Shown: piece after piece, positions 47,040 through 57,289 of the stretch | Position numbering within the stretch: the first letter of the stretch is position 1 | How the letters are laid out: each line of letters starts with the position of its first letter | Origin: Sedimentisphaerales bacterium | Lineage (GTDB): Bacteria > Planctomycetota > Phycisphaerae > Sedimentisphaerales > SM23-30 | Assembly (NCBI GenBank): GCA_963663965.2 | Contig: CAXXFK010000007.1 | Location: 128,001-192,000 of the forward strand | Length of the DNA: 64,000 nucleotides | Reading direction: 5' to 3' | The notes under the pieces: generated by a model | The model's input: the letters and a program-made list of their open reading frames with translations, nothing else | The model's database searches: none | Told to the model about the DNA's origin: nothing | Translations under genes and position numbers: made by a program

Positions 47040-49379
47040 TTAATCTTCGGTAATTCGGGTGGTTTTTCCTGGCTGAGCGAGTTTCAGGTTGATTTTGCCG
47101 GTGTCGATCGTTGGCAGGGTAGCGGTTAAGGTGGTGTTGTTGGGTAATCTGGCTTCTAGTGTAAAACTGCCGGATTGGCGGGTGAGTTGAGTTTCGACTG
47201 GGATTGGTTGATCACCTTTGCCGATCCGGTATACTGTGATGAATTCCATTTGTTTATTTTTCTGCGGGGTGGAAGCTGTGAGGTGCCATTCGCGCAGGGT
47301 GACGCGTGGGCGCGGGTTGGGATCGTACTGATCGGTCTGGGCAAAGGTCAGGCCGGCGGGGTAAAGGAAGTCGATATCACAGCGAATCTCGTCGTTGCGG
47401 ACGATAATCTGGTGCTGATCGATGATATCCATTTTGTTGATGGCGTGGAGCCAGTATTGATATTCGGAAGGTTCGCGGGCGCGGAGCCGATCGTAGACGA
47501 TCATGAGGTCGGGTTTGACGAAGATAATGGCGCGGCGGAACTGATCGAGCGGAGTGAGGTAGGCGCTGCCGGCTTCGCCGATCACCAGATCCATTGCGGG
47601 CGTGGTCTGGAAAAATTCGATATTGCCCTGGGCCTTGCTGGTTCTGAAGCCCTGGCCTTTGCCATTAACGGTGATATTATTGACGGAACGGGTGGACCAC
47701 ATCCATTTGCTGTGATGTTCGCTGCCGTAGCTGTCGCGTTTACCGGAGCGAATAAGCAACCGCTTGCCGTAGGCGGAGAGCAGGAAGGAGTTGTTGGCTT
47801 CGTAGCCGTGGCTCTGGGTACCGAAGGGACTGGATTTGAAGGCGATTTGAGTTCCAGTCTGGGCGTCAAAGATCTGGGAATTGAGATAGGCCTGGCCAAT
47901 CCCGGCGAACAGGCGCGACGTGGGCAGGTCAGTTGGCGCAGCGGCTCGAACGGCAGGCAACGCGCCGCGGATAAAGCCGATATAGCCGCCGGTTTCGACA
48001 GGGCCGCCGTTCTGGTCCACCCACCATTGCCAGTTGGAATTGCCGGCCTGGGTGGTAAAAATAGTCATGATTTCACGGAAGCTACGGGAGGTTTTGTCGG
48101 CACAGAGATCGCCAAATCCTCCGCCAATTTTACCGGGGGGCATGAGATAGAGCATGTAGTAGCCAACCTGGGAATAGTAAGGTTTGTCAAACGCATCGAT
48201 TCCCATGGCTTCACGCATCACATCAGCCCACCAGGTAAAACGGGCCTGGTAGCTGGACCAATAGGATGAGCCTTCATGCCAGCCGCCATCATCATCACAC
48301 CAGACAGGGTAGGTGTTATAGAAGACATTCATGGCGAACCAGAGCCAGTCTTCGGCGCCTTCGATCTCACCCATGAAGGCGATGGCCACTTCGCCAAGAA
48401 AATGCCAGGCGCGGTTGGAGTGGCTGGAGTAGGGTTGCCAGAGGTGGCTAGGGCAGAGAAATCGGTACATCTCTTCGCCGCGAATTTTCATGACCTGGCG
48501 ACAAATGGCCTTTTCTTCATCAGAGAGCAGGTCATTAACGAATGAATAGGTGCGGGAGAAATAATAATTATAAGGCATGCCGGCTTCGTCGTTATAGCGG
48601 TAACCAGTGCTGCCCTTGGGATCCCATTTGGCACATTCCATCAAAATCCGCCGGGCTTCCTGGCCGTATTTTTCGGGACCACCCAACAGGCGAGTGAAGG
48701 CCAGGGTTGCGGCGCTGTCGAGCGCTTTGATGGTATAGGTACGGTTGCCCCACCAGATTTCGCGCCAGGGATCGCTGTTGCGAACGATGTCTTTGGGGTA
48801 CAGGGGCGGCTCAGTAGTGTCGGGTGGATTTTTGAGGAGATTGTCGCAGGTTCTGATCAGTTTGTCATATTGGGGTTTAAGGGAGCCCTGGGCCAGGGTA
48901 CGGAGTTTGTTGAGGTTTTCCGGTCGAAGGAAGAGGCGCGGGTGACCGGTGGGGATACGTCTGAGTAACTCCGCACGGGGGGGCATGGGCATGGCAACGG
49001 AATCTGGTGTAATGGTGAACGATCGAATCTGGCTCCAGTCGGAGGCGGCGCTGTTTTTGTCAACGGCCCGGTAGCGCCAATAGTAGCGGCCGGGATTGAA
49101 GGTTTGGGTCGGGCAATGGACATTGAACTCAAGTTGGGTGGCAGAATAAATTGCCGGCTGAAAATTAGTGTTGGGGCTGATTTGCAGTTCCCAGGTGACG
49201 TTTTTCTGTGGGCGCCAGGAGAATGATGGGGGATTGACTGCTGAAGTAGTCTGGTCAGCCGGCCGATAACCCCACTGGCCGGGTTGGGACGGGGATTGAT
49301 CGAGGGTGAGGGCGAAGGTCAATTGGACCAGCGATAAACTAATTAGCGCGATATTAAGCAGTTGACGGATACCAGACAT
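47040..49379 (-). CDS. DUF4962/heparinase II-III-like polysaccharide lyase
   Basis: Signal peptide; HPRLFL, DGGWHEGSSYW and SHGYEANNSF motifs. Confidence 0.75.
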   Translation of the reverse strand: MSGIRQLLNIALISLSLVQLTFALTLDQSPSQPGQWGYRPADQTTSAVNPPSFSWRPQKNVTWELQISPNTNFQPAIYSATQLEFNVHCPTQTFNPGRYYWRYRAVDKNSAASDWSQIRSFTITPDSVAMPMPPRAELLRRIPTGHPRLFLRPENLNKLRTLAQGSLKPQYDKLIRTCDNLLKNPPDTTEPPLYPKDIVRNSDPWREIWWGNRTYTIKALDSAATLAFTRLLGGPEKYGQEARRILMECAKWDPKGSTGYRYNDEAGMPYNYYFSRTYSFVNDLLSDEEKAICRQVMKIRGEEMYRFLCPSHLWQPYSSHSNRAWHFLGEVAIAFMGEIEGAEDWLWFAMNVFYNTYPVWCDDDGGWHEGSSYWSSYQARFTWWADVMREAMGIDAFDKPYYSQVGYYMLYLMPPGKIGGGFGDLCADKTSRSFREIMTIFTTQAGNSNWQWWVDQNGGPVETGGYIGFIRGALPAVRAAAPTDLPTSRLFAGIGQAYLNSQIFDAQTGTQIAFKSSPFGTQSHGYEANNSFLLSAYGKRLLIRSGKRDSYGSEHHSKWMWSTRSVNNITVNGKGQGFRTSKAQGNIEFFQTTPAMDLVIGEAGSAYLTPLDQFRRAIIFVKPDLMIVYDRLRAREPSEYQYWLHAINKMDIIDQHQIIVRNDEIRCDIDFLYPAGLTFAQTDQYDPNPRPRVTLREWHLTASTPQKNKQMEFITVYRIGKGDQPIPVETQLTRQSGSFTLEARLPNNTTLTATLPTIDTGKINLKLAQPGKTTRITED

Positions 49380-49452
49380 AATAAACTCCTGAGTTCGTTG
49401 TAAGTTGTTGACAGGGAATTAATTCATGTTGGTAAACGGAAAATCGAGCAGG

Positions 49453-52400
49453 TTATTTCAATGAATAGTCCAGGGTTTTGATCGTGACGGGCCCGATCAG
49501 GCCGGAGGGCAGCAGGGGGCTGTCGGGTGAATAGGTATTATAGGTGGTCCGGGTGATTCGCTGTTCTTCGGGCAGGGCTTTATCCCGGATCAGACGGTTG
49601 GGCCAGAGGTTGGCGACTTCGATTTCGAGATGATTGCGGCCGGGTTTGAGGGCGGAGGTGATATCAACGCGCCAGGGGTGGCACCAGAGGACGCCGAGGT
49701 CGTGGCCGTTGAGGGTAACGCGGGCGAGATTATGGACAACGCCCAGATCGAGCGCCAATTGGGTATTGCCGGGAGCCGGGTTGGTCAGTTCAAATTCTTT
49801 TGAATAGGTGGCACGGCCGGAATAATAGCGGATGTCGGGATCGGGGTGTTGGGTCCAGTCTTGCAGGGTAGTGAATGTTACCGGCTGATCAGGGCCGCCG
49901 TATTGAGGGTTATAGGCAACCTGCCAGGGGCCGGAGATCGATTGTAGGGTGGCGATATTGGGAAAGTCGGCCTTGTTTGATGGTGGTGGTGAATTCGCAG
50001 TATTTTTTGAGAATACAATAAAGAAGCTTTGATAGGGTTCAAAGTGGATTGGGATCGTTGTAATTGCGCCGTTGGTTTTGAACTGGTGGAGTGTACGTAT
50101 TGCACCAGTGAGTGGATTCCACAATTCGGGTTGGCGTCCGGCGACGCGGAACTGACAAGAGGCAGTGATTGATTTGTCGGTTTTATTGGCGATGAAATAG
50201 AGATCTCGTTCTGCTGTGCGCCGATGGGTATAACGGACGGGGGCGCCTGCCTGGAAATCGGGAACGATATTTTTATCGGCCAGGATGCGCGCGGTAATGT
50301 CATAATCGGGATAGAGCGGGGGTAGTTGCGGGCCGGGGGGCGTCAGGTTCCAGGGGGCCATGGCAAAGGGGCCCAGATCGAGAGCGGCCTGCCATGAATT
50401 GTTGTCGGGTCTGGTTTGCCATTGCGGAGCGACCGATTTCGTCGAGAGCCAATTGGCGTCGGTTACAATGGTGAGAGGTTCTCCTTCGGCGTAATCAACC
50501 TGAATGGCGGCGATCAGGCCGGCGGGATTGGGAGAGTCGCCCTCATTGGTGGCGGCGACCGCCAGGATATTGTTGCCGGGTTTCAACATCGATTGGATGT
50601 TGATGGTTTTGATGTCGTTAAAGTTGTCTCCGCTGCCGGCGGATTGCCCGTTGATCCAGAGTTCGAAGGTGTTATCCGCAGTGATATAGGCGCGCGCTGA
50701 ACGAACCGGGCGGCTGGGATCGATGTTCACCGGTCGACAGAAATACCAGGTGTCCGGCTCGATGGATTGAATGGGATTGCCTTTGGGGTACCAGATCCAG
50801 CGAGCGGATTTTAATAGTTCATACGATTGTGTTAATACGTTATCTGGATATAATGTATCAAAATAGATTATATTCTGTTTACCTTCGGTGTAAGATGCCG
50901 ATGATGGGCTTTCGCCCCAGAGCGATCGGGCCAGGTCGCGCACCTGGTTATCGCATTGTGGATAATCAGAAAGACTGGGTGACCGGTCGGGGGGCGGGCC
51001 GATGACAGTGGCGCCGGCTTTGACCAGGCGGGCGATCTGGCGCAGCAAGGCCGGGCGCATGGTCTGGCAATTGGGCAGAACCAGAACGGCGTATTCAACA
51101 CCTCCGGGAACGACCAGTTTGCCCTCGCGTACAATAGAATTCATGAGGGTATCCGGAGTGCAGCCATCAAAGTTGTAACCTTTGCGATCAGGGATAGCGT
51201 CCAGCCCGTCGAGGGCGGAGGCGGGCGGCCGAAAGACGTGGGGTGCCCCTTCGGGAATCAGGTAGCAGATATCGGCAACCGTATGGCCCTGGCGCAACAG
51301 GTATTGGCAGCGGGACAGGTAGCTGTGGTAGGCACCGGCCATGGGCCACCAGGTCTGGGTGCGGTCCCAGTGAACGCCATAGGGGCCCATAGTCATACCG
51401 GGTTGATCCGTCAGGGATGGTTTATGGGCGAAGGTATGAAAGACGAAACGGTTGATGCCGGCGCAAAAAGCCCAGTCGCCCTGGTTTTTCATGGAGCCGG
51501 GGTGCTGGCGCCAATATTCACCGGGATTGGCAGTAAACGCTTCGGCGGCGACCACGGGCCGGCCGAGAGTGTGGGCGATGGAGGCGGCTTCGAAACAACT
51601 GAAGGCGGCGTTAAAGCCATACCCTTTAGACCAGAATTCACACATGGGAACATCGGCCACAGAGCCCAGAACCAGGTCGGAGGTTGGGTTCATATCGTAG
51701 GGTTCGATAGAGAGCCCGAAACCATTTTGGTGAGCGAGTGTTTTGAGATGTTGGGCGTGATTTTCGATGACGAGTTCCTGGGCGGTGAACCGCAGATCCC
51801 AAAGGAATCTTTCGGAAATAGCAGGGCTTTGTATAATGCGGCCGGTAAGAATGGGTAGCCAGGGTAATGGATCGTATCCGCGTCGACTCTGGAATTCCTG
51901 GCGGAATTTTCCGGACCAGTTTTGCGCGCCCATTTCCCAACTGTCGATATGGAGCATGGTCCAGCCACTTTGATTGGTTGAGGGGGGCTGGTTGATGGCT
52001 TTAAGCAATTGGCCGATGAAATGATCAAAATGATAATTTAAAGCGTCAGTATCAAATTTGTCGCATTCGAAACCGAGTCCGGGCTGAGGCGCCGGGCGGG
52101 TATTGGCGCCGGTGTCGCGTCGACCGAAACGCAAAATGGTCCATTGGCCGGGCGGGGCCTGCCAAGTCAGGTGGCCATCAGGTTGCATTTTGCCGGTAAG
52201 ATCGATAATTTGCGTGGGATCAATGGTTGCAGCTGGATCAGAAGCCGTTTCGGGGGGCGGTTCGGGCAGGTATGCTTTGACACGGGGCGCCGAGGTATAG
52301 GGATCACGTTTGTAAAGTGCTTTTTCATCGATATCAGACAGGCGGGTGTCATTGACAGTAGGAATGGCCAGCACGGCGACATCCTGATAATAATCCTGAC

Positions 52401-52914
52401 GAGCCTGGAGCATTTGACTGGACAAGCCGCCATTGCCGAAATAGGGTGGTCTGGGTTGCGGTGTGGGCAACTGGCCGTCAAACCGGGCAGGGCCGGTAAT
52501 TTTAACTTCAGAGGCAACCAGATGCTGCATGGATCGGGCCGGATCAATCCAGGGGCCGCCACTGCCAGTCCAACCGGGGCCTGCGTTTAACGTGATGGCG
52601 ATACCCAGTCGTTTGGCTTCCTCGACGGCGTGTTTGAACAGCGCCTGCCAGGGTGGGCTCATGAATTCAACCGGGCCGCGTGGTACGCCGACATTAACTT
52701 CCAAAAAAATTAAATTACCGATACCGGCCTGTTGCATGGCTTCGAGGTCGGCGGTCATGCCCTCACGCGTGAGGTTGCCATCCATAAAATACCAGTAAAC
52801 TCCGGGCCGAGCCTCGTCGGGAGGATTGCGAAAATTTGCTTCGAGCGACGAGGCATGACTTATGCCGAAATTAAATACCAGGGCAAGAATGATCCAAAAC
52901 CGATGTCGTGTCAT
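49453..52914 (-). CDS. GH106 (alpha-L-rhamnosidase-like) glycoside hydrolase with an inserted CBM-like module
   Basis: FRNPPDEARP.VYWYFMDGN, HIDSWE, DVPMCEFW, AAEAFT; insert ARWIW...ITADNTFELWING; C-terminal LLPSGLIGPV. Confidence 0.85.
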   Translation of the reverse strand: MTRHRFWIILALVFNFGISHASSLEANFRNPPDEARPGVYWYFMDGNLTREGMTADLEAMQQAGIGNLIFLEVNVGVPRGPVEFMSPPWQALFKHAVEEAKRLGIAITLNAGPGWTGSGGPWIDPARSMQHLVASEVKITGPARFDGQLPTPQPRPPYFGNGGLSSQMLQARQDYYQDVAVLAIPTVNDTRLSDIDEKALYKRDPYTSAPRVKAYLPEPPPETASDPAATIDPTQIIDLTGKMQPDGHLTWQAPPGQWTILRFGRRDTGANTRPAPQPGLGFECDKFDTDALNYHFDHFIGQLLKAINQPPSTNQSGWTMLHIDSWEMGAQNWSGKFRQEFQSRRGYDPLPWLPILTGRIIQSPAISERFLWDLRFTAQELVIENHAQHLKTLAHQNGFGLSIEPYDMNPTSDLVLGSVADVPMCEFWSKGYGFNAAFSCFEAASIAHTLGRPVVAAEAFTANPGEYWRQHPGSMKNQGDWAFCAGINRFVFHTFAHKPSLTDQPGMTMGPYGVHWDRTQTWWPMAGAYHSYLSRCQYLLRQGHTVADICYLIPEGAPHVFRPPASALDGLDAIPDRKGYNFDGCTPDTLMNSIVREGKLVVPGGVEYAVLVLPNCQTMRPALLRQIARLVKAGATVIGPPPDRSPSLSDYPQCDNQVRDLARSLWGESPSSASYTEGKQNIIYFDTLYPDNVLTQSYELLKSARWIWYPKGNPIQSIEPDTWYFCRPVNIDPSRPVRSARAYITADNTFELWINGQSAGSGDNFNDIKTINIQSMLKPGNNILAVAATNEGDSPNPAGLIAAIQVDYAEGEPLTIVTDANWLSTKSVAPQWQTRPDNNSWQAALDLGPFAMAPWNLTPPGPQLPPLYPDYDITARILADKNIVPDFQAGAPVRYTHRRTAERDLYFIANKTDKSITASCQFRVAGRQPELWNPLTGAIRTLHQFKTNGAITTIPIHFEPYQSFFIVFSKNTANSPPPSNKADFPNIATLQSISGPWQVAYNPQYGGPDQPVTFTTLQDWTQHPDPDIRYYSGRATYSKEFELTNPAPGNTQLALDLGVVHNLARVTLNGHDLGVLWCHPWRVDITSALKPGRNHLEIEVANLWPNRLIRDKALPEEQRITRTTYNTYSPDSPLLPSGLIGPVTIKTLDYSLK

Positions 52915-52975
52915 AACGTTTACTCCCTGAAAATGTTATGAAATTGTCGTGTCTGACCGGTCTGGGGTGGAAAAT

Positions 52976-53458
52976 TTACCGCCTGCGAATTTCCCGTTTG
53001 ATATCCCGTTCGGTCTGTTGTTTTTTCATTTTATCACGTTTATCGTATTGGGCCTTGCCCTGGGCCAGGGCGATTTCGACTTTGGCGTAACCGTTTTTAA
53101 AATAGATTGCCACGGGGACCAAGGTAAGACCCTTTTGGGCCAGTTTCATTTCGATTTTGCGGAGTTCGCTTTTGTGAACGAGCAGTTTGCGGGGTCGTTT
53201 GGGTTCGTGGTTTTGTATGTTGCCGTGTTCATAAGGTGAGATATTGCAACCCAATAGAAACAGTTCGCCGGACCGGATGCGGCAATAGGCCTCATCCATG
53301 GTGACTTTGCTCTGGCGCAGACTTTTGACCTCGGTGCCTTCCAATACCAGTCCGGCCTCGAGTTTTTCGAGGAAATGGTAGTTGAAGGAGGCTTTTTTGT
53401 TTTTGATGCGCGGGCTGAAGGGCGAGCCGGGTTCATTGGCTTTTTTCTTTTTACTCAT
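52976..53458 (-). CDS. smpB: SsrA-binding protein SmpB
   Basis: NKKASFNY, EAGLVLEGTEVKSLR, RKLLVHK and GKAQYDKR motifs. Confidence 0.97.
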   Translation of the reverse strand: MSKKKKANEPGSPFSPRIKNKKASFNYHFLEKLEAGLVLEGTEVKSLRQSKVTMDEAYCRIRSGELFLLGCNISPYEHGNIQNHEPKRPRKLLVHKSELRKIEMKLAQKGLTLVPVAIYFKNGYAKVEIALAQGKAQYDKRDKMKKQQTERDIKREIRRR

Positions 53459-53464
53459 GAAACC

Positions 53465-53493
53465 ATGATACGTCAGGGGGCTTGATAAGTCAA
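53465..53493 (-). promoter_or_regulatory. Sigma70 promoter of smpB (leaderless geometry)
   Basis: TTGACT-N17-TATCAT ending 6 nt before the ATG. Confidence 0.65.
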
Positions 53494-53498
53494 TGGCA

Positions 53499-53529
53499 TA
53501 GAAAGGGCTGCCCGAAACCGGACAGCCCT
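53499..53529 (-). terminator. Intrinsic terminator of gene 53562-54836
   Basis: AGGGCTGTCCGG-TTT-CGGGCAGCCCT hairpin with a short T run on the minus strand. Confidence 0.6.
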
Positions 53530-53561
53530 AACGTGTTTACAACTTTGTGTATATTAATCCG

Positions 53562-54836
53562 TTAGTCTGTTTTTCGTTTGGCTTCCACTTCACGTTCGCC
53601 CCGTTCGGTAATCCACAGGCCTTTGAGGGTGTCACCATCGACCTGGCCTTTGAATTCCATGGTGAACTGGCGGTCGTTGAAGGATCGGGTGACTTTGAAA
53701 GCGACCTGGTTGCCATCAATGGTCAGCTCATCCACCGGGGTTTCGTTTTCGCGCATGGAATAGGTGGCGGTTTTATCGGGGTTGATTTTCAGAATGCTGG
53801 TGAAGGTGCCCCGATCAGAAACCCGGGTAAATTCCCAGGAACCAACGGCGGAGCCGGCCGACAGGATTTTTTTACCGGTGACTTTATTAGTGCCGCGGGA
53901 CGTGACCATTTCTCCGGTCATGGTTTTGCCGTCTAGTTTGCCGGAGAAGTTCATTTCGAAGGTTCGATCGCCAGTTCCAAAGACAATCTGGAAGGTGACC
54001 TGGTTGTCCTGGAGCTTGAGTTCGATGGGCATTTCACTGCCGAAAAATTCATAGCGGCCGGACAGGTCGGGCAGAACCCGAAGGTTCTGGGTACGGGGGC
54101 CGAATTCTGATTCTGTGGTCAGTTCCCAGTTGCCGATGAGATCCGCACCGAAACGGGCGCCGGTTACCGGGATTTCACCCATGGCGGTCTGGAGGGCGCC
54201 GGTTAAATCGTTGCCGTTAACTTTGGCAGTAAAAGTGGATTCAAATTCCTGGTCCTGGATTTTGATTTTACGGTTAATGGTGAGGGTGTCATTTTCGTAA
54301 GTAACCTTGGTGACGGTGCTTTCGCCATAATCGGCGACCCATTGGGCGTCGAGAGCGCCATCGGGTTTCTGGGAGACGACAGTTCTGGCGGTCATTTCGC
54401 GGTCGCGGATGTTGAACTTGAGGTCCCAGACGCCAACGGCGGGAGCGAGGGGTTTGGCGCGCGCGCCAGTGGCCTGCAATTCGCCTTGAGGAGTGGAGAA
54501 GGTGATATTGAGTTTGTCGCCGGCGAGGGTGGCGGTGTAGTTGGTGGTGAATTCGCGGTCGCCCATGGTGCGTACTATATCGAAGGTGAGTTTATCGGCT
54601 TCGAATTTGACATTGGACAGATCGGTCGAGCCCCACTGGCCGGCATAGGATCCGTCGCTGTTCTTAGCGATGGTCAGGGTGGCGTACATGGGGCGGCCGC
54701 CGAAGTCCATGGTGATGTCCCATGAGCCGGTGACGGACTGGGCGGACAGGTTGGTGGTAAGTCCTGCGAGGGTGGCGAGCAGGAGACAGATAAGACAAAA
54801 TTTTGTTACGGATTCGGGTCGGTGGGAATTCTGCAT
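53562..54836 (-). CDS. Secreted protein with four tandem ~95-aa beta-rich repeats
   Basis: Signal peptide; repeats begin VTGSWD, AVGVWD, LIGNWE and AVGSWE. Confidence 0.75.
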   Translation of the reverse strand: MQNSHRPESVTKFCLICLLLATLAGLTTNLSAQSVTGSWDITMDFGGRPMYATLTIAKNSDGSYAGQWGSTDLSNVKFEADKLTFDIVRTMGDREFTTNYTATLAGDKLNITFSTPQGELQATGARAKPLAPAVGVWDLKFNIRDREMTARTVVSQKPDGALDAQWVADYGESTVTKVTYENDTLTINRKIKIQDQEFESTFTAKVNGNDLTGALQTAMGEIPVTGARFGADLIGNWELTTESEFGPRTQNLRVLPDLSGRYEFFGSEMPIELKLQDNQVTFQIVFGTGDRTFEMNFSGKLDGKTMTGEMVTSRGTNKVTGKKILSAGSAVGSWEFTRVSDRGTFTSILKINPDKTATYSMRENETPVDELTIDGNQVAFKVTRSFNDRQFTMEFKGQVDGDTLKGLWITERGEREVEAKRKTD

Positions 54837-55013
54837 GATTTACGCTCCTGTGAGTGGGGGGCCGATTTGGTTGAGAAAAAACAGGTGACTAACCATTTAC
54901 CCTACTTTAAGGCGGGTATTGTGTCAATTGTGATTCATGTAAAAATAATGTAACGCACCATGGGCTGGGCAGACCGGGCGGCAAGGATGGAGTTGTTAGA
55001 TCGAAAGTGAACA

Positions 55014-55453
55014 ATGGCTTCGTTTGGCAACTGGCCAAGGGGGGGCAGGTGGGTAATATTGATGCTCAAGAAATATGGCGGCCCGGTTGGCGGCGGTGAT
55101 AGGTATTTTGAAGAGCAGTACAATACGGCATTTGCTGCAAATATTATTGAGGTAAAGGGAGGTTGTTTTCTAGCAGTAAGGTGTTTATTTACAGCTTATT
55201 GCGCGATAAAAAATTTGTAATGGGTTCGTTTGGTCTGGATGGGGGCAGGAAGGTACGGGGGGGGTTAGGTGAAAAGTGAACCATGGCTTCGTTTGGCGCT
55301 TGACCGGCTGGGTGTCGTGGGATGATTGATGTCGCTAATTGGGCGGCCCAATTATATTCATATTTCAAAGAGCAATTGAATTTTAATTTTTTGCAAACTG
55401 ATGGATTAAAAACAACCCGCTTATATTTTAGGGAATAATTTTGTAATAGTCAA
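55014..55453 (-). repeat. Conserved intergenic element, copy B, with an internal partial duplication
   Basis: Minus strand: TTGACT-N17-TAAAAT (55453-55425); TGCTCTTTGAAA (55374-55363); TAATTGGGC-n-GCCCAATTA (55336-55354); AAACGAASCCAT at 55294, 55231 and 55025; IHF-like site at 55177-55201. Confidence 0.7.
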
Positions 55454-55710
55454 ACATAATGATAAATATAATGATTTTGCAACAAAGTCTGGGCGGCCCT
55501 TGCGAAGGCAAAATAAGTTTGACGAGAGTGGGTTCTGAGGTAAACTTTTATTTCATATATGGTTTGATGAGATAATGTCTGGACTATTGATGGCCAAATA
55601 ACTTTGAGAGGAGGTGTGGCAATAAAGAGTATCGGGGTGAGAAGGCACTAGTTTTGAGATTATCCACTATTCGAGATGGGAAAATAACACTACATGACAC
55701 TATTTATGTC

Positions 55711-55812
55711 GAAACTAAAGTTGAAAAATTGATTATGAAATTACCGGAATACCCCACTGCTCTCATTTCGGCGGCGGTGACGGGGAAGATTGTTGCGAGG
55801 AACAACTCATGA
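55711..55812 (+). pseudogene. hsdS: 3' remnant of a type I restriction-modification specificity subunit
   Basis: Translates ETKVEKLIMKLPEYPTALISAAVTGKIVARNNS*, matching the common HsdS C-terminus L.EYR.ALISAAVTGKIDVR; in-frame stops upstream; stop overlaps the next ATG (ATGA). Confidence 0.7.
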
Positions 55813-57275
55813 GCGCAGGCCAATCGTGCATTTATCAAATTAGTCTTGTCGAAGAATTCTGCAAGTTGCCGAATGAAACCGAATGGCTGGAATTCAAAGT
55901 TAATAACTCTTCTCCGGATGAGATTGGCGAATATATCTCGGCCTTAAGCAATGCAGCCGCTCTGTATCAGAAAGCCAATGGTTATCTGATTTGGGGGATT
56001 GAGAATGGCACTCATCGGGTAGTGGGCACAACGTTTAATCCTCAAAGCGCCCAAAAGGGCAATGAGTCGCTGATAAATTGGTTGTCGCATATGCTGAATC
56101 CTCGTTTAAGAATAGCTTTTTTCGCATTTGAATATAAGGAGAAACCCGTAGTCTTATTAGAAGTGCCAAGGGCAACTGAAAAGCCAACGCAGTTTTCTGG
56201 AACGGAATATATTCGAGTTGGATCTTATCAAAAAAGGCTGAAGGATTATCCTAAGATTGAGCGTGATCTGTGGCGGATATTCGATACCAAGACTTTTGAA
56301 GACATGATCGCAAAGGAAAGGGTCGATGCGGACCAGGTACTCGCATTACTCGATTACCCTAATTATTTTGATTTATTGTCACAGCCTTTACCATCTGGTC
56401 GAGATAAGATTCTGGATAGTTTTGCCAATGACCGATTAATTATAAGAAATCCAGCGGGGAATTGGGACATAACCAATCTGGGAGCCATCCTTTTCGCCAA
56501 GAATCTGGATGCGTTTAAAGGTCTCGACCGAAAGGCTGTTCGCGTTATCTTATATGAGGGCGCAGGACGAATAAAAACCATTCGAGAGCAGGAAGGGCGT
56601 AGGGGGTATGCGTCCGGTTTTGAGGGATTAGTCGATTATGTTAATGCATTGTTGCCCAGGAACGAGGTTGTGGGCAAAGCATTGAGAAAAGATGTGCCAA
56701 TGTATCCCGAGCCAGCTATTCGCGAATTAGTGGCCAATGCTTTGATTCATCAGGATTTTTCTTTAACTGGATGCGGACCAATGATCGAGATATTTTCAGA
56801 TCGAATGGAAATTACCAATCCAGGTAATCCATTGGTAAGAACCGAGCGATTTCTGGATACTCCACCCCGTTCAAGAAATGAAACGCTTGCGTCTCTGATG
56901 CGCCGAGCAGGGATTTGTGAAGAGCGCGGCAGTGGTGTCGATAAAGTTGTTTTTCAAACAGAATTTTATCAATTACCGGCCCCGCTATTTGAGGCACTGG
57001 AGGATCATACCCGAGCAGTTCTATTTGCCCATAAGGAATTTAATGATATGGATAGTGCGGAGCGCATTCGGGCTTGTTATCTTCATGCTTGTTTGCGATA
57101 TGTTGGGCGTAATCCGATGACGAATTCAAGTCTGAGAGAACGATTTGGGATCGAAGAGCATAACAGTGCAATTGCTTCGCGGATTATTCGTGACACAATA
57201 GCGGCAAAACTGATTATGCCTTATAATCCAGATCAAGGAAAGAAATATGCCAAATATGTACCATTCTGGGCCTGA
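55809..57275 (+). CDS. Schlafen/AlbA_2 domain plus HATPase_c_4 (RecG C-terminal-like) protein
   Basis: NETEWLEFK, ISALSN...GYLIWGI, AIRELVANALIHQD, DRMEITNPG, CEERGSG. Confidence 0.85.
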   Translation: MSAGQSCIYQISLVEEFCKLPNETEWLEFKVNNSSPDEIGEYISALSNAAALYQKANGYLIWGIENGTHRVVGTTFNPQSAQKGNESLINWLSHMLNPRLRIAFFAFEYKEKPVVLLEVPRATEKPTQFSGTEYIRVGSYQKRLKDYPKIERDLWRIFDTKTFEDMIAKERVDADQVLALLDYPNYFDLLSQPLPSGRDKILDSFANDRLIIRNPAGNWDITNLGAILFAKNLDAFKGLDRKAVRVILYEGAGRIKTIREQEGRRGYASGFEGLVDYVNALLPRNEVVGKALRKDVPMYPEPAIRELVANALIHQDFSLTGCGPMIEIFSDRMEITNPGNPLVRTERFLDTPPRSRNETLASLMRRAGICEERGSGVDKVVFQTEFYQLPAPLFEALEDHTRAVLFAHKEFNDMDSAERIRACYLHACLRYVGRNPMTNSSLRERFGIEEHNSAIASRIIRDTIAAKLIMPYNPDQGKKYAKYVPFWA

Positions 57276-57289
57276 CAATAAGTTTTAAC

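Noticed and set aside
47175..48269. 364-aa plus-strand ORF, and similar ones at 12685-13437, 31613-32374, 39020-39709 and 43034-43723
   Set aside because: All are antisense to well-supported genes and lack domain signatures.
52915..53561. tmRNA (ssrA) next to smpB
   Set aside because: The flanking intergenic gaps are too short and show no tRNA-like ends.
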